Assembly (NCBI RefSeq): GCF_037042905.1
Contig: NC_087245.1
Span: 21,578,001-21,642,000 of the forward strand
Length of the DNA stretch: 64,000 nucleotides
From: Lytechinus pictus
Taxonomy: Eukaryota
Reading direction: 5' to 3'
Shown here: in pieces, positions 27,101 through 38,900 of the stretch
Layout: every line of letters starts with the position of its first letter
How positions within the stretch are numbered: position 1 is the stretch's first letter
The notes under the pieces: generated by a model
Database searches by the model: none
What the model was told of the DNA's origin: nothing
Seen by the model: the letters and a program-made list of their open reading frames with translations, nothing else
Made by a program: the position numbers and the translations under genes

Positions 27101-30100
27101 AAATATTGGTATAATAAAGGATATTTGATTAACGGAAAAACATCCATCGCTAATTCATAAGAATTCTGGAAAAGATTTGAACGAGGTTTTTATCAACGGT
27201 AATCAAAAGGAATTAGTGTATGGATGAATGGCGTTCGAGCGTTAGCCGGTGAGGGCGCGGGCCAAATCTGGCAGTATGGCGTCGTCCATTAAGCTGACGT
27301 TAGCCAGCGGCGACTGCACGTACGTGACCGGGGGGGGGGGGGTACTTTGTATAAATGTATGATACGTATGTGCTGCAGTCAAAACCTAAATTTTCAGCCT
27401 AAATTTCTGTTCCAGAGCATCACACAGAAATTCCTATTTTTTTTCAGTTCATGAACTGAAAATGGTAACACAGACGTTTTTGGCTGGTGCTTTTGTACGC
27501 TCAGCGGTATTGATGGTGAATGATCAAAGAAGAACCTGATCCTCAATGTTTGTCATAATAATTCAGTATTTTCCAGCATATATTTCAGAAAAGTTGTAAA
27601 GCGATTATAGTATATGCACTAACTATTATTTTCTCTTTATTATTGCGCCCCTTTTCACCCATCAAAAGGGTGAATTGTGCTTTTACCCCAAGCTTTTTCC
27701 CTGGGGTCATATTCTGGTGACAACTTGTTTAGGGTAGGGTTTCTGGAGATTTTTTTTTTTTTTCTTATTTCATGAAAATATGACATTTTCTTTGTGAATT
27801 TGAAGAGAAATAACCTTCAGACTGACAGAAATGTAACATTTTAAAGAAAAATCCAATTATTGGCTGCAAAAAAGAAGAATGAAATTAGGTCAATTTTCAG
27901 CACTTCTCTGCCATGGACTGTGTAGTTAAGAAATGGACACACACAAATCCAAATTTTTAGCTTCTGAGGCCGAGAGCTGTTATTAATTTATTATTAATGC
28001 CAAAAACTTGTCCATAAATAGTTCAATAAGATTTTTTATGTTCTTTCTAATGGTATGATTTTTATAAAGATTTGGAAAAAAGATCACAATAAAAAATTGC
28101 GACAAAGTGAAAAAAATTGTGCAAAACAGAAATTTCATTTTCCCACAGAAAACACATGGGGAAATGCCAATCTCAACACACAAATAAGGGTTTGCAATTT
28201 ATCTCTAAATCCTTATTTCAAATAATCCTATAAAATTGTCCTTACTGTCAAAAGAAGCCCCTGACTTTTCTCTTTCCATACATGCCAAACACAACTCACA
28301 AGTTAATAATCAATTCAGATCACATTTTTCTAGCACTAGTAGCAGCCTGAATTTCCGAAAAAATGTGCCATATTTTCCCCTAAATCAGCCTGTTTTATGC
28401 TGACAGTTTTCAGTGTGGCTTCAGACATGTCAGACACCCTATTTAGGGGCCAATGTGTAAATCGGTGTAAATAAAGCCCGCGAAAAACTTGTTTAGTCTA
28501 ACGTTAGACTCTACTCTAGTCTTTTGTTAGGGGATCTTGAATCTTGAAGAAGTACTCTCCCAAAAGCGTACACGCTGTCCTGGAGAGGGTTGTGCTGTGT
28601 CAGGTGCTGCCAGTGCTTCAGGTGATGTGGTGATCCTGTGGTGGTATTCTTGGTGCACTATATACAGTGTGCTAGGTGCAGTGTGCGGGTGGTGCGTGTG
28701 TGTCCCTCTTACAGCATCTTAAGGGGAGGGGGAGGCAACATTTGCTGAATGATAGGCAATGTTGCTCCCCGGAAGCCAGCTATAGAGGTCGAAGTTACAG
28801 CAGCGTTTGGGAGAGTATTCCAAATACGGATGGTTCTTGGGAACATACTGTACATGTAGCAGTTCACTCTACAAAAAGGCTGGGTGTACTTGAGCTGATG
28901 TCCAGTGTGTTGTGAACGTTGTGGACGAGAACTGCTGCTTAACTTAATCTGATGTGGCATGTTGATGTAAACATAATTGTGATGAATTTTGTAGAACATC
29001 TCACATTGGCTAAGAAGGCGTCTGTGTTGGAGAGTATCCCAGTGAAGAGTTGACAACATCGATGTTACACTGGATTCTCTGCTATAGTCATGAAGGACAA
29101 ACCGAGCACCCTGACGTTGAATGTTCTCAATAATGTTTACATCTTTCTGTATGTGAGGATTCCATGCACATGAAGCATACTCAAGTTGAGGTCTGACAAG
29201 TTGCTTGTACGCAATGTCTCTCACTTTCAGGTCACATTTACCCAATGCTCGACGTATGATTCCAAGAGTACGAGCAGCTTTGGAGGATATCTTCTGTGCA
29301 TGGGAGTTCCAACTCAGGTTGTCTGTGATGGTCACACCGAGGTATTTACAGGAGGTTGCCGTTGGAACAGGTTGGTCACTGATGGTAAAGTTGCAAGCCA
29401 AGGGTTGTCGTTTCAATGAGATACACATGTGGGCACACTTCTTGACATTGAAGGACATATCCCACAGTTTTGCCCAATCTGATAATGTTGAAAGATCTCG
29501 CTGGAGAATTGCGTGGTCAGCTCTTGTCTTGACCTTGCGATACAGCACACAGTCATCAGCAAAGAGTCTGATTGGTGATGAGATGCATTCACAGATGTCA
29601 TTGATGTACAGCAGGAATAACACAGGCCCGAGTACTGAGCCTTGCGGCACGCCTGAGAGTACACTGGCTCGTGGTGAGGATGTTCCATCAACATGAACTG
29701 ACTGAGATCTGCCTGATAGAAAAGCTTTGATCCATCCATGCATTTGACCAGTAATGCCATAATACTCCAATTTGTAGAGCAGCTTCCTGTGTGATACCTT
29801 ATCAAAGGCCTTACTAAAGTCAAGAAAGAAGGCGTCTGTCTGACATTGCTGGTCGATGTTGTATGCCCAGTCATTGATGGCCTCAACAAGTTGCGTTTCG
29901 CATGACAGTCCCTTCCTAAATCCATGTTGGTTTGGGTTGATGATGTTATTCTTTTCCAAGTATTTTGACATGTGGCTCAATACAATGTGCTCTTGGATCT
30001 TGCAGCAGATGCACGTGAGTGACACCGGTCTATAGTTGGCTGGGTTACTCTTGTCGCCAGACTTGTAGATGCTGGCCACTTGAGCTCTTAGCCAATCACT

Positions 30101-30711
30101 TGGAAGAATTCCCTCATCATAGGATTGTTGGAAGAGATGAGTAAGGACTGGGCTAATCTCATCTGCATAGTCTCTTAACATTCTAGCAGGTATTTCATCT
30201 GGACCACTGGCTTTGTTGGTGTTAAGTTCTTTCAGTTGTTTATTCACTCCTCGTAAGCTGATGAAGAGATCTTCAATTGGTGTGTACGGTGAGGGACCCT
30301 TGTCTGGTAGTCTGATATTTTGCACACGGAGAAAAAAAACTTGTTTAGGGGGTGTTTGGAAATAATTTGGTCACGCATGTGTACAGCAATACATTTGACT
30401 GCCCCCCCCCCCCCGGGCTCACATCATGCCAAACGAATAATAACACAAAATGATAAATCATGACTTACGAATCTAACCATAATCAAGATAGATAGAACAT
30501 TAATTTCTTCACGTGGGACTACAGAAAGGAATTGCACTCATACCTGGCTATCGTCAATTGCACAGAAATCTGCGACAGCGGTTACGATTTCTAGCTCATA
30601 ATCCTCTTCATCCCCATCATTTATGTGACTGCAATCTCCACTTTGATTTTCATTTCCATTGCAAGTTGTAAATGATGTTGAATTTCCATCCGATCTATCC
30701 CCCATTTTCAT
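12109..30711 (-). CDS. PRMT2: Protein arginine N-methyltransferase 2 (SH3 + type I PRMT), 10 coding exons, 441 aa
   Basis: Exons (minus strand, all GT-AG, phases compatible): 30711-30544 (GCCATG start; ...IVTAVADFCAIDDSQ), 22550-22368 (SH3 LSFETGQVLSVLRKTNVDWWWARKGNTTGYIPTNHI; DEYFGSY), 21752-21663 (EMLSDQARNEAY), 19788-19717 (motif I VLDVGCGTG), 17878-17714 (VHSIEAS; VDLIISEWMGTLLI), 16085-15913 (FEFMIESVLIARD, completing the double-E loop), 14596-14467, 13938-13799 (LHGFASWFSVDF), 13149-12978 (THW loop LTHWKQ), 12141-12109 (TFNKTFKVWR-stop). Total 1326 nt. An N-terminal SH3 domain is diagnostic of PRMT2. Confidence 0.95.
14085..14272 (-). mobile_element. tRNA-derived SINE
   Basis: Minus strand: GAGGCACAATAGCTCAGTCAGGAGAGCG (A box) ... 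GGGTTTGCTCCCC (degenerate B box), followed by a GTGCCCTTTGGTAAGGCATTT body typical of SINE2 elements. Confidence 0.7.
15437..15530. repeat. Short tandem repeat (~4 x GTGGTTGC(A/T)GTAC(G/T)GA.CAGAC)
   Basis: Four similar 21-26 bp units are visible directly. Confidence 0.7.
16207..17290. mobile_element. Non-autonomous DNA transposon with CAG termini and 4-bp TSD (Academ-like)
   Basis: TIR CAGTCAGACCGCAGGTCCC / GGGACCTGCCGTCTGACTG (18/19). CAAA duplicated at 16203-16206 and 17291-17294. Internal inverted repeat ~16603-16628 / 16873-16898. Confidence 0.75.
22620..23145. repeat. 28-bp minisatellite (~18 copies of GAGGCAAAT(T/C)ACATCCAGAATGTC(A/G)TCA)
   Basis: Period 28 read directly (AGGCAAA at 22651, 22679, 22707...). 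It explains the repetitive ORFs 22468-23058 and 22610-23014. Confidence 0.95.
23226..23447. mobile_element. MITE with TA flanks
   Basis: TA-TTGGGGCGTTGCAAGAAA ... TTTCTTGCAACACCCCAA-TA inverted termini, with internal CAATTGCA inversions. Confidence 0.75.
24017..24216. mobile_element. MITE (inverted termini)
   Basis: GGCAGTTTCATAAAATA..GTACGTCCGACCCC / GGGGTCGGACGTAC..TATTTTATGGAATTGCC. Confidence 0.65.
27735..28441. mobile_element. Non-autonomous hAT-like element
   Basis: Termini TAGGGTTTCTG / CAGACACCCTA, with flanking TTTAGGG(G) duplicated (7-8 bp). It interrupts CAACTTGTTTAGGGGCC, which is contiguous at ~45770-45786. Confidence 0.7.
28535..30315 (-). mobile_element. 5'-truncated non-LTR retrotransposon (CR1/RTE-X-like; clade unresolved) with an uninterrupted RT ORF (28709-30325, 538 aa)
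   Basis: KASGPDEIP, NYRPVSLT, QHGFRKGLSCETQL, FLDFSKAFDKV, GVPQGSVLGP, FADD, KYLGV, MFPRTIRIWNTLP. 3' UTR ends in a (TTCAAGA)2 tail near 28535. Lies in PRMT2 intron 1, same strand as the gene. Confidence 0.93.
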
Positions 30712-30929
30712 GGCATTGGGATGTCGTCTCGCTCTCGACTACTAATCGACCTCGGTGCGGCCCCATAATACCGACGCGACCGACCATCGGCCGTCTACAA
30801 CAAAGGCAGCACGCCCCAATGGAATCAAATGGGGTCAAATTCAAATCTACTCTACTATCGCCGCTTCTGAACAAAACCAATATAGTAGTAGAGGAGGAAT
30901 AGGTAAAGAAATTATCAAACTTCATCCTG

Positions 30930-31235
30930 ACAACCACCACCATCATCATCAACATTATCATCGATCATCATCATCAGCAGCATCATCACCACCACCATAA
31001 TGCATCATCAAATATCACCCCATATACACCACCACCACCACCACCACCACCACCACCACCACTACCATCATCACCATCATCATCATCACCTTCATCATCA
31101 TCATCATCATCACCACCATCATCATCATCATCGTCATCATCATCACCATCACCATAACCATCATCATCATCATCATCATCTCATTTTCTCCGTCATCATC
31201 ACCATCAACATCACCCTGCATGATCATCAGATTAT
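30930..31235. repeat. (CAT/CAC)n trinucleotide microsatellite
   Basis: Read directly; it resumes at 32681-32700 after the hAT insertion. Confidence 0.95.
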
Positions 31236-31243
31236 GGATCACC

Positions 31244-32672
31244 CAACCGCGTAGCCAGGATTTCATTTTTGAGGGGGCGGTAAATGCAAGCGAAGCGTGC
31301 CAACCAACACTTACAGAGCGCGCGAAGTGCTCCTTAGGGGGTGGGTGCAGGGAGGGCTTTTGGTGTTTCATATATCGAAATGAAAAGGAGCCGTCTCTCT
31401 TGTCTCTAGTACCTATATTAGCTCCAATTCAGTTGACTATATTGTGATTTTTAACCTTGTTTTCATGAACCTTGTTTTTAAAAGTGATTGTGAACGCACA
31501 AAAAAGGAATACAATGGAGGAAATTAAAATAATAATTACCCTGCGCGAAGCGCGGAAGCTAAAGCGTTTTATCAATTTTTTTGCCATGAAAAGGGTCCCG
31601 AGAAAAGGGTATTCTCAAAGATATATTGAATACTTCCCTTGGAAAGATCAGATTTGATTACAAACAATTTAGCGACAGTGCATATCATTAACTCGCAAAA
31701 CAGAGGAGAAGAAGTGTATATGCCGTGAGGAAGATATTCCTCCCCGCGCAGAGCAATGAAACTCTGAAATTTCAAAAAAAAAGGGCGGACGTTTCATCAA
31801 ATGCATATATATCTAATACCACATCGGCTCTAATTCAATTGATTTTCTAAGACTATTGAACTTCATTACAAGGAAAATAGTGCGCAAAAAGTTGAAACTT
31901 CTGTGATTTATTGTAATTATACGAGAAAGGAGGCCTAATTTCTTTGACTTATCCGGAAGCGCTTGATTTTGAATTATAAAGAAACTTAAGTGTCATTCAA
32001 AATTTCAAACTGAGGGCGCAAAACAGGACAGATGAATGTGCAGGGAAATGACATGAAGTTTAATAGAATTTGATAAAAAATATTGTACCTTTTTATTTAA
32101 TACGACACGAATTTTATACCTTCCTCTTTTTAAATTAGGAACCTGTTTGCCCCAAAATTATGGTTGTTTAGTAATGAGCTGAAAAGCAGGAGAAGTTGAC
32201 TTTATGGAGGTGACGGCAGAAATTGATATAAAGATTTTACCCGCCCGGAGCCAACCCGACCAGAAGTTGCGCGATCAATTAAAAAAAAAAGATAACTTCA
32301 TATACTTCGGCCCAACCTAACTCTTAATTCCATGCCCTAATATATACATTTGAACTTTAACTGGCAAGAAACACATATAGCTGAGGTGGAAAAACAGGGT
32401 TAGAGAAAGGGTGGGGGAAACAATGGAGAACTTCAATATTGTCATTTAACCGCGCGCAGCGCGGAAGCAAAATTCATATATAAATTTAGAGCAAGAGAAA
32501 AGGAGTTTCTCTTTTGAGAAAAAAAAAGAATAAGAAGAAAAAACAAACACAAAGCTACCTTTCCTCCCTTCCCTTTTCCTTTTCTCCTCTCTTTTTTCCC
32601 TTCTTTTTTCTTTTTGGGGACGTTTTTTTTTGGGGGGCGACCGCCCCCACCGCCCCCCTGGCTACGCGCCTG
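31244..32672 (+). mobile_element. Non-autonomous hAT element, copy 1
   Basis: TIR CAACCGCGTAGCCAGG / CCTGGCTACGCGCCTG. Perfect 8-bp TSD GGATCACC (31236-31243, 32673-32680). Confidence 0.9.
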
Positions 32673-32827
32673 GGATCACCTCATCATCATTAACACCATT
32701 GTGAAACCGGGATCATTGATCGCATCATGGCCATCAGCAAAAGAAGTATATAGATAGAGATGCATCACGGATCACATTTCTCTGCAGCTTAACCACCCCA
32801 TTTTCTCTCAGTGGACGTCAAACTTTA

Positions 32828-33955
32828 AGGCGACCGCACACCTTACGATTGATCTGCGACCCGATTTCAGAATAAAATGTAGTAGAATTTGATGCTAATA
32901 TTGAGACTTGAAATATCTTACTGCGTAATGTTCTAAATCATCATACGAATACCTATGTTCAATTCTGTGACTATGCTATCATCCTTCTTAGTTCTTAGAA
33001 TAAAAGCGAATTTAATATCTAGTCGTAATGACGTAATAGCAGTCGTACGATTGGCTACGATTTGAAACTAATTTGGCCTTCACTCCAAAATAAAGGCTTG
33101 CAATCTTTCAAAATGGTTATATCAGTATTCTTTTAATTAATTTTAACCTCAAATAAAATGATATGTTCCATTCACATTTTCAGAAAATGAGCAAAATGCG
33201 ATTTGTTCCAAAATCGGATCGCGAACAGTCGTAAAGCCCCTTTCACAATTGACGTACGACCACTTGCGACCTTTTGGTCGTGCGACAGGCTGCAACAGGC
33301 ATCAATCGCCAGTCATCTCATAATATCGCACAGAGGCTTTCACAGTTGCAACAGCTGTCGTACAACAAAAACAATCAGTAAAACCCGTTGCACGAGTAAG
33401 TCGCTTATGATCCTATTGTGCTCGTGCGATCACATGCGAGTGTTGCACGAGGGATTGCGAGGGGAACGGTCGCACACAACGGTAGTGCAATGTTGTAAGC
33501 CGTTGCGATCGGTCTTGCAACAGTCTTATGGCCATCATATTATCGCACCCAGTCGCAAGACAGGTCTCTGTACATGTAGGTCGCTAGCACATGTGCAAGT
33601 GTTGTACGACCTCCAGTCGAGTAAATGCGACTACTTAGTTGTGCCACCTCTCGCACCAAGTCGTGCAACGTTGAACAACACTCCCACGATGATCGCCCGA
33701 CCGATGGTACGACCCCGGATACGAGCTGATGCGAGTGAATCGGTCGTATTTGATCGCGTTCGGATTTTGAACATGTTCAAAGTTCAGATGTGACCAGTCA
33801 CGACCACCTCGAGTTCGTGCGACCGTCTACAACCACTGCGAGTGCTCGCAAGACACCAAGAGATCGATCGTGCAACAACAAGAAAAAACTGTTGCAGGTG
33901 GTCGTAAACAGGTCGTACGTCAATTGTGAAAGGGGCTTAAGGTGTGCGGTGGCCT
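32828..33955. mobile_element. PIF/Harbinger-like MITE (outer)
   Basis: TTA TSD (32825-32827, 33956-33958). TIR AGGCGACCGCACACCTTACGA / TCGTAA..GGTGTGCGGTGGCCT, with the right TIR split by the inner element. Confidence 0.85.
33235..33937. mobile_element. PIF/Harbinger-like MITE (inner)
   Basis: Perfect 27-bp TIR AGCCCCTTTCACAATTGACGTACGACC. TAA TSD (33232-33234, 33938-33940). Confidence 0.9.
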
Positions 33956-34553
33956 TTAGGCGCTGCCTATATATGCCTACCGTAAAATGTCCATCTGCGC
34001 AATGGCTCCATGATCTAAGTCCCGTTATACACAAAGGTTAGCGATTAATCGTACGCTTGATTTTCACGATTGATTGTAGGCTACATTGTAGTCAATGCAA
34101 TCGATCGTAGCAAATTCATTGCTAATCTTTGTGTTACAGGCCCCTGATTGTGATTTTATATTCAGTTATAAGTGAATAGGCCTATCAAAAATTAATAATA
34201 CAAAAAAACTTGTTCACTTTACGTAGACAAATATCCAATTAAAAGATGGATGGTTGCAAATACCGACAATCCACAGATGGACTAATGAAGGAACTTTATG
34301 ACCATATTGAATTATCATACATCAAGAAAATATTAACTCATAGGATTCACCCGCTTAAGATTAACCATACATAATTAATATGTCTTCCTCGGGACCCTCT
34401 GAAATAATTTGATTATGGATCATGAAGATAATAATTCTATAAAACATGTAGATTTCGATAGAAACTGCAAAACGTATCATTCACGATCCGTGCATCCAAC
34501 AAACAAATATTAAGCCTGTCCTCATCCATTTTGTTTTCCATCCTGATTTATAA

Positions 34554-34682
34554 CAGGCGCGTAGCCAGGGGGGGGCGGTGGGGGCGGTCGTCCCCAAAAA
34601 AAAACGTCCCCAAAAAGAAAAAAAAGAGAAGGGAAAAAAGAGAGGAGAAAAGGAAAAGGGAAGGGAGGAAAGGGAAGAAAGG

Positions 34683-34716
<34 letters not shown>

Positions 34717-35997
34717 CTCAAAAGAGAAACTCCTTCACTCTTGCTTTAGATTTATATATGAATTTTGCTTCCGCGCTGCGCGTGGTTAAATGACAATATT
34801 GAAGATCTCCATTGTTCTCCCCACCCTTTCTCTAACCCTGTTTTTCCACCTCAGCTATATGTGTTTCTTGCCAGTTAAAGTTCAAATGCATACATTAGGG
34901 CATGGAATTAGAGTAAGGTTTAATAGGCCGAAGTATATGAAGTTATCTTTTTTTTTAATTGATCGCGCAACTTCTGGTCGGGTCGGCTCCGGGCGGGTGA
35001 AATCTTTATATCAATTTCTGCCGTCACCTCCATGAAGTCAACTTCTCCCGCTTTTCAGCTCATTACTAAACAACCATAAGTTTTGGGGCAAACAGGTTCC
35101 TAATTTAAAAAGAGGAAGGTATAAAATTCGTATCGTATTAAATAAAAAAGTACAATATTTTTTATCAAATTCTATTAAACTTCATGTCATTTCCCTGCAC
35201 ATTCATCTCCTGTCCTGTTTTGCGCCCTCAGTTTGAAATTTTGAATGACACTAAAGTTTCTTTATAATTCAAAATGAAGCGCTTCAGGATAAGTCAAAGA
35301 AATTAAGTATCCTTTTTATATAATTTCAATAAATCACAGAAGTTTCAACTTTTTGCGCACTATTTTCCTTGTAATGAAGTTCAATAATCTTAGAAAATTA
35401 ATTGAATTAGAGCCGATGGGGTATTGGAGATATCCGCATTTGATGAAACGTCCGCCCTTTGAAATTTCAGAGTTTCGTTGTTCTGCGCGGGGAGGAATAT
35501 CTTCCTCCCGGCATATACACTTCTTCTCCTCTGTTTTGCGAGTTAAAGATATTCACTGTCGCTAAATTGTTTGTAATCAAATCTGATCTTTCCAAGGGAA
35601 GTATTCAATATGTGTTTGAGAATACCCTTTTCTCGGGACCATTTTCATTCAAAAAAAATTAATAAAACGCTTTAGTTTCCGTGCTTCGCGCGGGGTTATT
35701 ATCATTTTCATTTCCTCCATTGTATTCCTTTTTTGTGCGTTCACAATCTTGTTTTAAAACAAGGTTCAAAATCACAATATAGTCAACTGAATTGGAGCTG
35801 ATATATAGGTACTAGAGACAAGAGAGACGGCTCCTTTTCATTTTAATTTATGAAACACCAAAAGCTTCGCGCTTCGCGCGGGAGGGGGAAACTCCCCCTC
35901 CCTGCACCCACCCCCTAGGGCGCGCGCTCTGTAAGTGTTGGCACGCTTTGCGTGCATTTACCGCCCCCTCCAAAATGAAATCCTGGCTACGCGGTTG
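34554..35997 (-). mobile_element. Non-autonomous hAT element, copy 2 (inverted relative to copy 1)
   Basis: Reverse complement of 31244-32672 along its length (mirror ORFs MKFQSF..LRGEEYLP at 31572- and 35459+). TSD ATTTATAA / ACTTATAA (34546-34553, 35998-36005). Confidence 0.9.
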
Positions 35998-38900
35998 ACT
36001 TATAACCATAACTAAATTTACATTTTTTATGAATTAGTATTTTGTATGACTATTGTTAGAGATTTCGAATACAAAGATGTAAAATCTATTTGACCAAAGA
36101 CGATAAACAAAAATACAATTCCGTGTTTGGCTCGGTCAACATTTCCCAGATATAGGCCTACACTTTCATGGATGATGTCAATGGCTTAGGGACATATCGT
36201 GAAATATGAATATAAAAATGATAAAGAAAGTAAAATAGAATATCACGAATTTCATGGAATGGTCAGTGCTCATGATCATTTGTTTTGGTACCCATCAATA
36301 TACATAGATTATATTTAGTTGTTTCTGCACCCCATCCATTATCGCAGAGTGCATTTCATTAACGTTTTCAAGTATTACAATTGGAATGGAATAATACACT
36401 ACAGTGATTTGGTACTTATTTTCGGTTCCCGTTTCGCTACAACTGCACAAATTGTAGCACGTCTAAAAATAAATCAAAATGGCATTTATTATTGATTAGT
36501 TAAAATAATGATTTATCATGAATCTAATTATATGCAACTTCTCCCTTTTTTGTATCACTTGTATTATGTTTTGTTTGACATGATTTTCCTTCCCGGAGAG
36601 GCATACATCTGAAATGTATATGAAAATCATGAAGTCATGATACAGCCAAGGAGATATCACCTCCTTGATACAACCACATAAAGTTGCTGGTCTGTAAACC
36701 TATATCCGAGCAACCTTATACATATATTCAGGAACAAGGTTGTGATCTTCGATTTGTTTTCAATTTTTTTTCACCAAAGTACTTGAACACCACCATTAAT
36801 TTATTATGCCTGATCAGGTTACCCACTAAATAGCCTTAAATGCCCTCATCCATGCCCTGTCACACCAAATAGAAAGATGCTCATTTATATTCACATATTA
36901 TGCAATCAGTATTATCGACCGAGAAAAATAGGCAGAATTTGAAGTATTTATGTGGATCCGCACTTAAAAAAAAAGAAGTGATAATTTAGCACTTAATTAA
37001 AGAGCTTGTAAAGTGAATGCAGTTCGGAGTACTGATTTATCAATTCAAATTTGAACTAGGAAACCAGCATTCCGCAGTGCAGTCATTATACAAGCTCTGA
37101 ATTAGCACTTCATTTTTGGAGTCAATGATAAGGGTCTCAGAACACGAGCCCATCCTCTCAAAATGTCAACTAACGTTTAACGCCCCCTTTTGTTCGATAT
37201 AAGTTGGATAAATAGTCGCGGGACCAATGTCCAGGGGACGAATGAAGGATAAAGAACCTAGAGGGGTGCCCCATTACACCCCCTTTTGGTACAATGTGTA
37301 AATAAAAGGACAGGTCCTAACACGACGTACGGGGAAAAACTACTTAATGGTTTTGAGTGAGCGAAGCGAGCCAGATAGAATAAACTTAAAAATAAAGTAC
37401 ATCTTCTTTTTGCGGCAAAAGAGAATTAACAGCGCGCAATTAGTGAATAAATTGGAAGATTTTGAAAACTGAACTAAAATGTGAATTCAGTGGACTTTAC
37501 GGCTAGAATGGCATGCTTGACAGCATTTAATTATTTCAAAATTAATACACATTCCCCCACTTTTCCATATTTCAGGTTGGGAGCGGGGGAATGCACATGC
37601 CATCCTTGATGCCATTATTAAAAAAAAATATAGCCAACACGAATACACTAAAAGCTCGAGGACTTCTCCCCCAAAAGAAACAGTTTTTTAGCTTTCGAGT
37701 CGCCGATCGGAGCAAAGGCGGATAACCAAAAATCCGCCCCAACTACCCCCAAACGTATATAGAGGCTTGCACTTTATTTGCCGAAAAAATGATTAAAATT
37801 CACAAAATTGTGTGTTCTAAATCCATCAATTTCACTTTCGAGTTTTTTTCACGTAGAATCCCTAAAATGTGTGACGTGCATGCTCTTCCCGAAACGTGAG
37901 CCCCTATAATAGGCTCCTAAAATCTCCACTGAGAAATTCTTCGGGCGCGCCTGATCGCTGCGAGTCCCTGTACCGCGACTTGACTATGGTGTGTATTGTG
38001 TGTGTGTGACTGAGTCTGAGGTCTAAATGTTTTTGTAGTTCAATGGAGATGACGCGCACCACCCGATATCCTGTCAACGAAATGGGACTGACAATAAGCG
38101 TGACTTCATTGAGGGGAGGAATTGGGGGAAAATAGTGTTTTTATCAGGGAATTGTTGATAGTACACTTTGATGGCGTTATATGCAAGGGTGGTTTGGAGG
38201 GGAATGAAAATTAAAACCACTCGTAGAAAAAAAAATTAAGGAAAAGAGACTACCGAGGGTGAGAATGAGAGGTATTCGCGTTTAAGCTTGTGTAATTGTA
38301 GGGGTTAGTATACTTTGTGGTAATATAAAAGAATTTCGTTCCCGTTCAGTTATATCTGTACGCACGTTGCACATTATGATTGATATTCAGATCCATAGAT
38401 TATTAAACTACAAATATTTCTTTATTTTGTTATAGAGTAATAAATATGTTGCACTCCCGGGTGCCATCCCCCCAAAAAAAAATCTGACTGCTTAAAAAAG
38501 TAGTTTAATTACTTCCAAATTCGGTAGAAACCTTTATAATTACGTAATATCATATTTATATAACTATTTTCTAGGGAGGGGCCCATGCGACCCCTCCCCC
38601 CGACCTTCCCCCTCTAACGGTCCGGTGTTAGGTACACGATGGCGAGTTAAGCATTTGACACATAAAAATACGTTACACTGCTTGGCCTGCTTTAAATCAG
38701 ATATATTGTAAAAAGGCCAGTAATCTGTTGCGTCCCGTGGGTCATGACATGGGGGGGGGGGGGGGGTAACCAGCAAAAAGTAGGAGATAGCCAGGTATAC
38801 TGACCTAAAATAGACATTTGAAGGACTGTGCCATCAAAAGGATATGTATCGCACCAATCAAATAACCAGTGTATAGCGTGAGCTAAATATATGTTTGGTA

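Larger units (their letters stand above)
27328..30417. mobile_element. CCGGG(G)n-ended non-autonomous element hosting two later insertions
   Basis: Termini CCG(G)n-TAC at 27328 and GACTG(C)n-GGG at 30417. Its right part is colinear with an uninterrupted relative at ~45745-45916. Confidence 0.65.

Noticed and set aside
29186..29925. ORFs overlapping the LINE RT in other frames or strands
   Set aside because: Shadow ORFs of the RT coding sequence with no independent motif.
31000..31371. Poly-His (+) and poly-Met/Val (-) ORFs
   Set aside because: Translations of the (CAT/CAC)n microsatellite that run into a hAT TIR.
33203..34041. 196-aa and neighbouring ORFs in a CpG-rich stretch
   Set aside because: They lie almost entirely within nested Harbinger-like MITEs and show no transposase or Myb/SANT motif.
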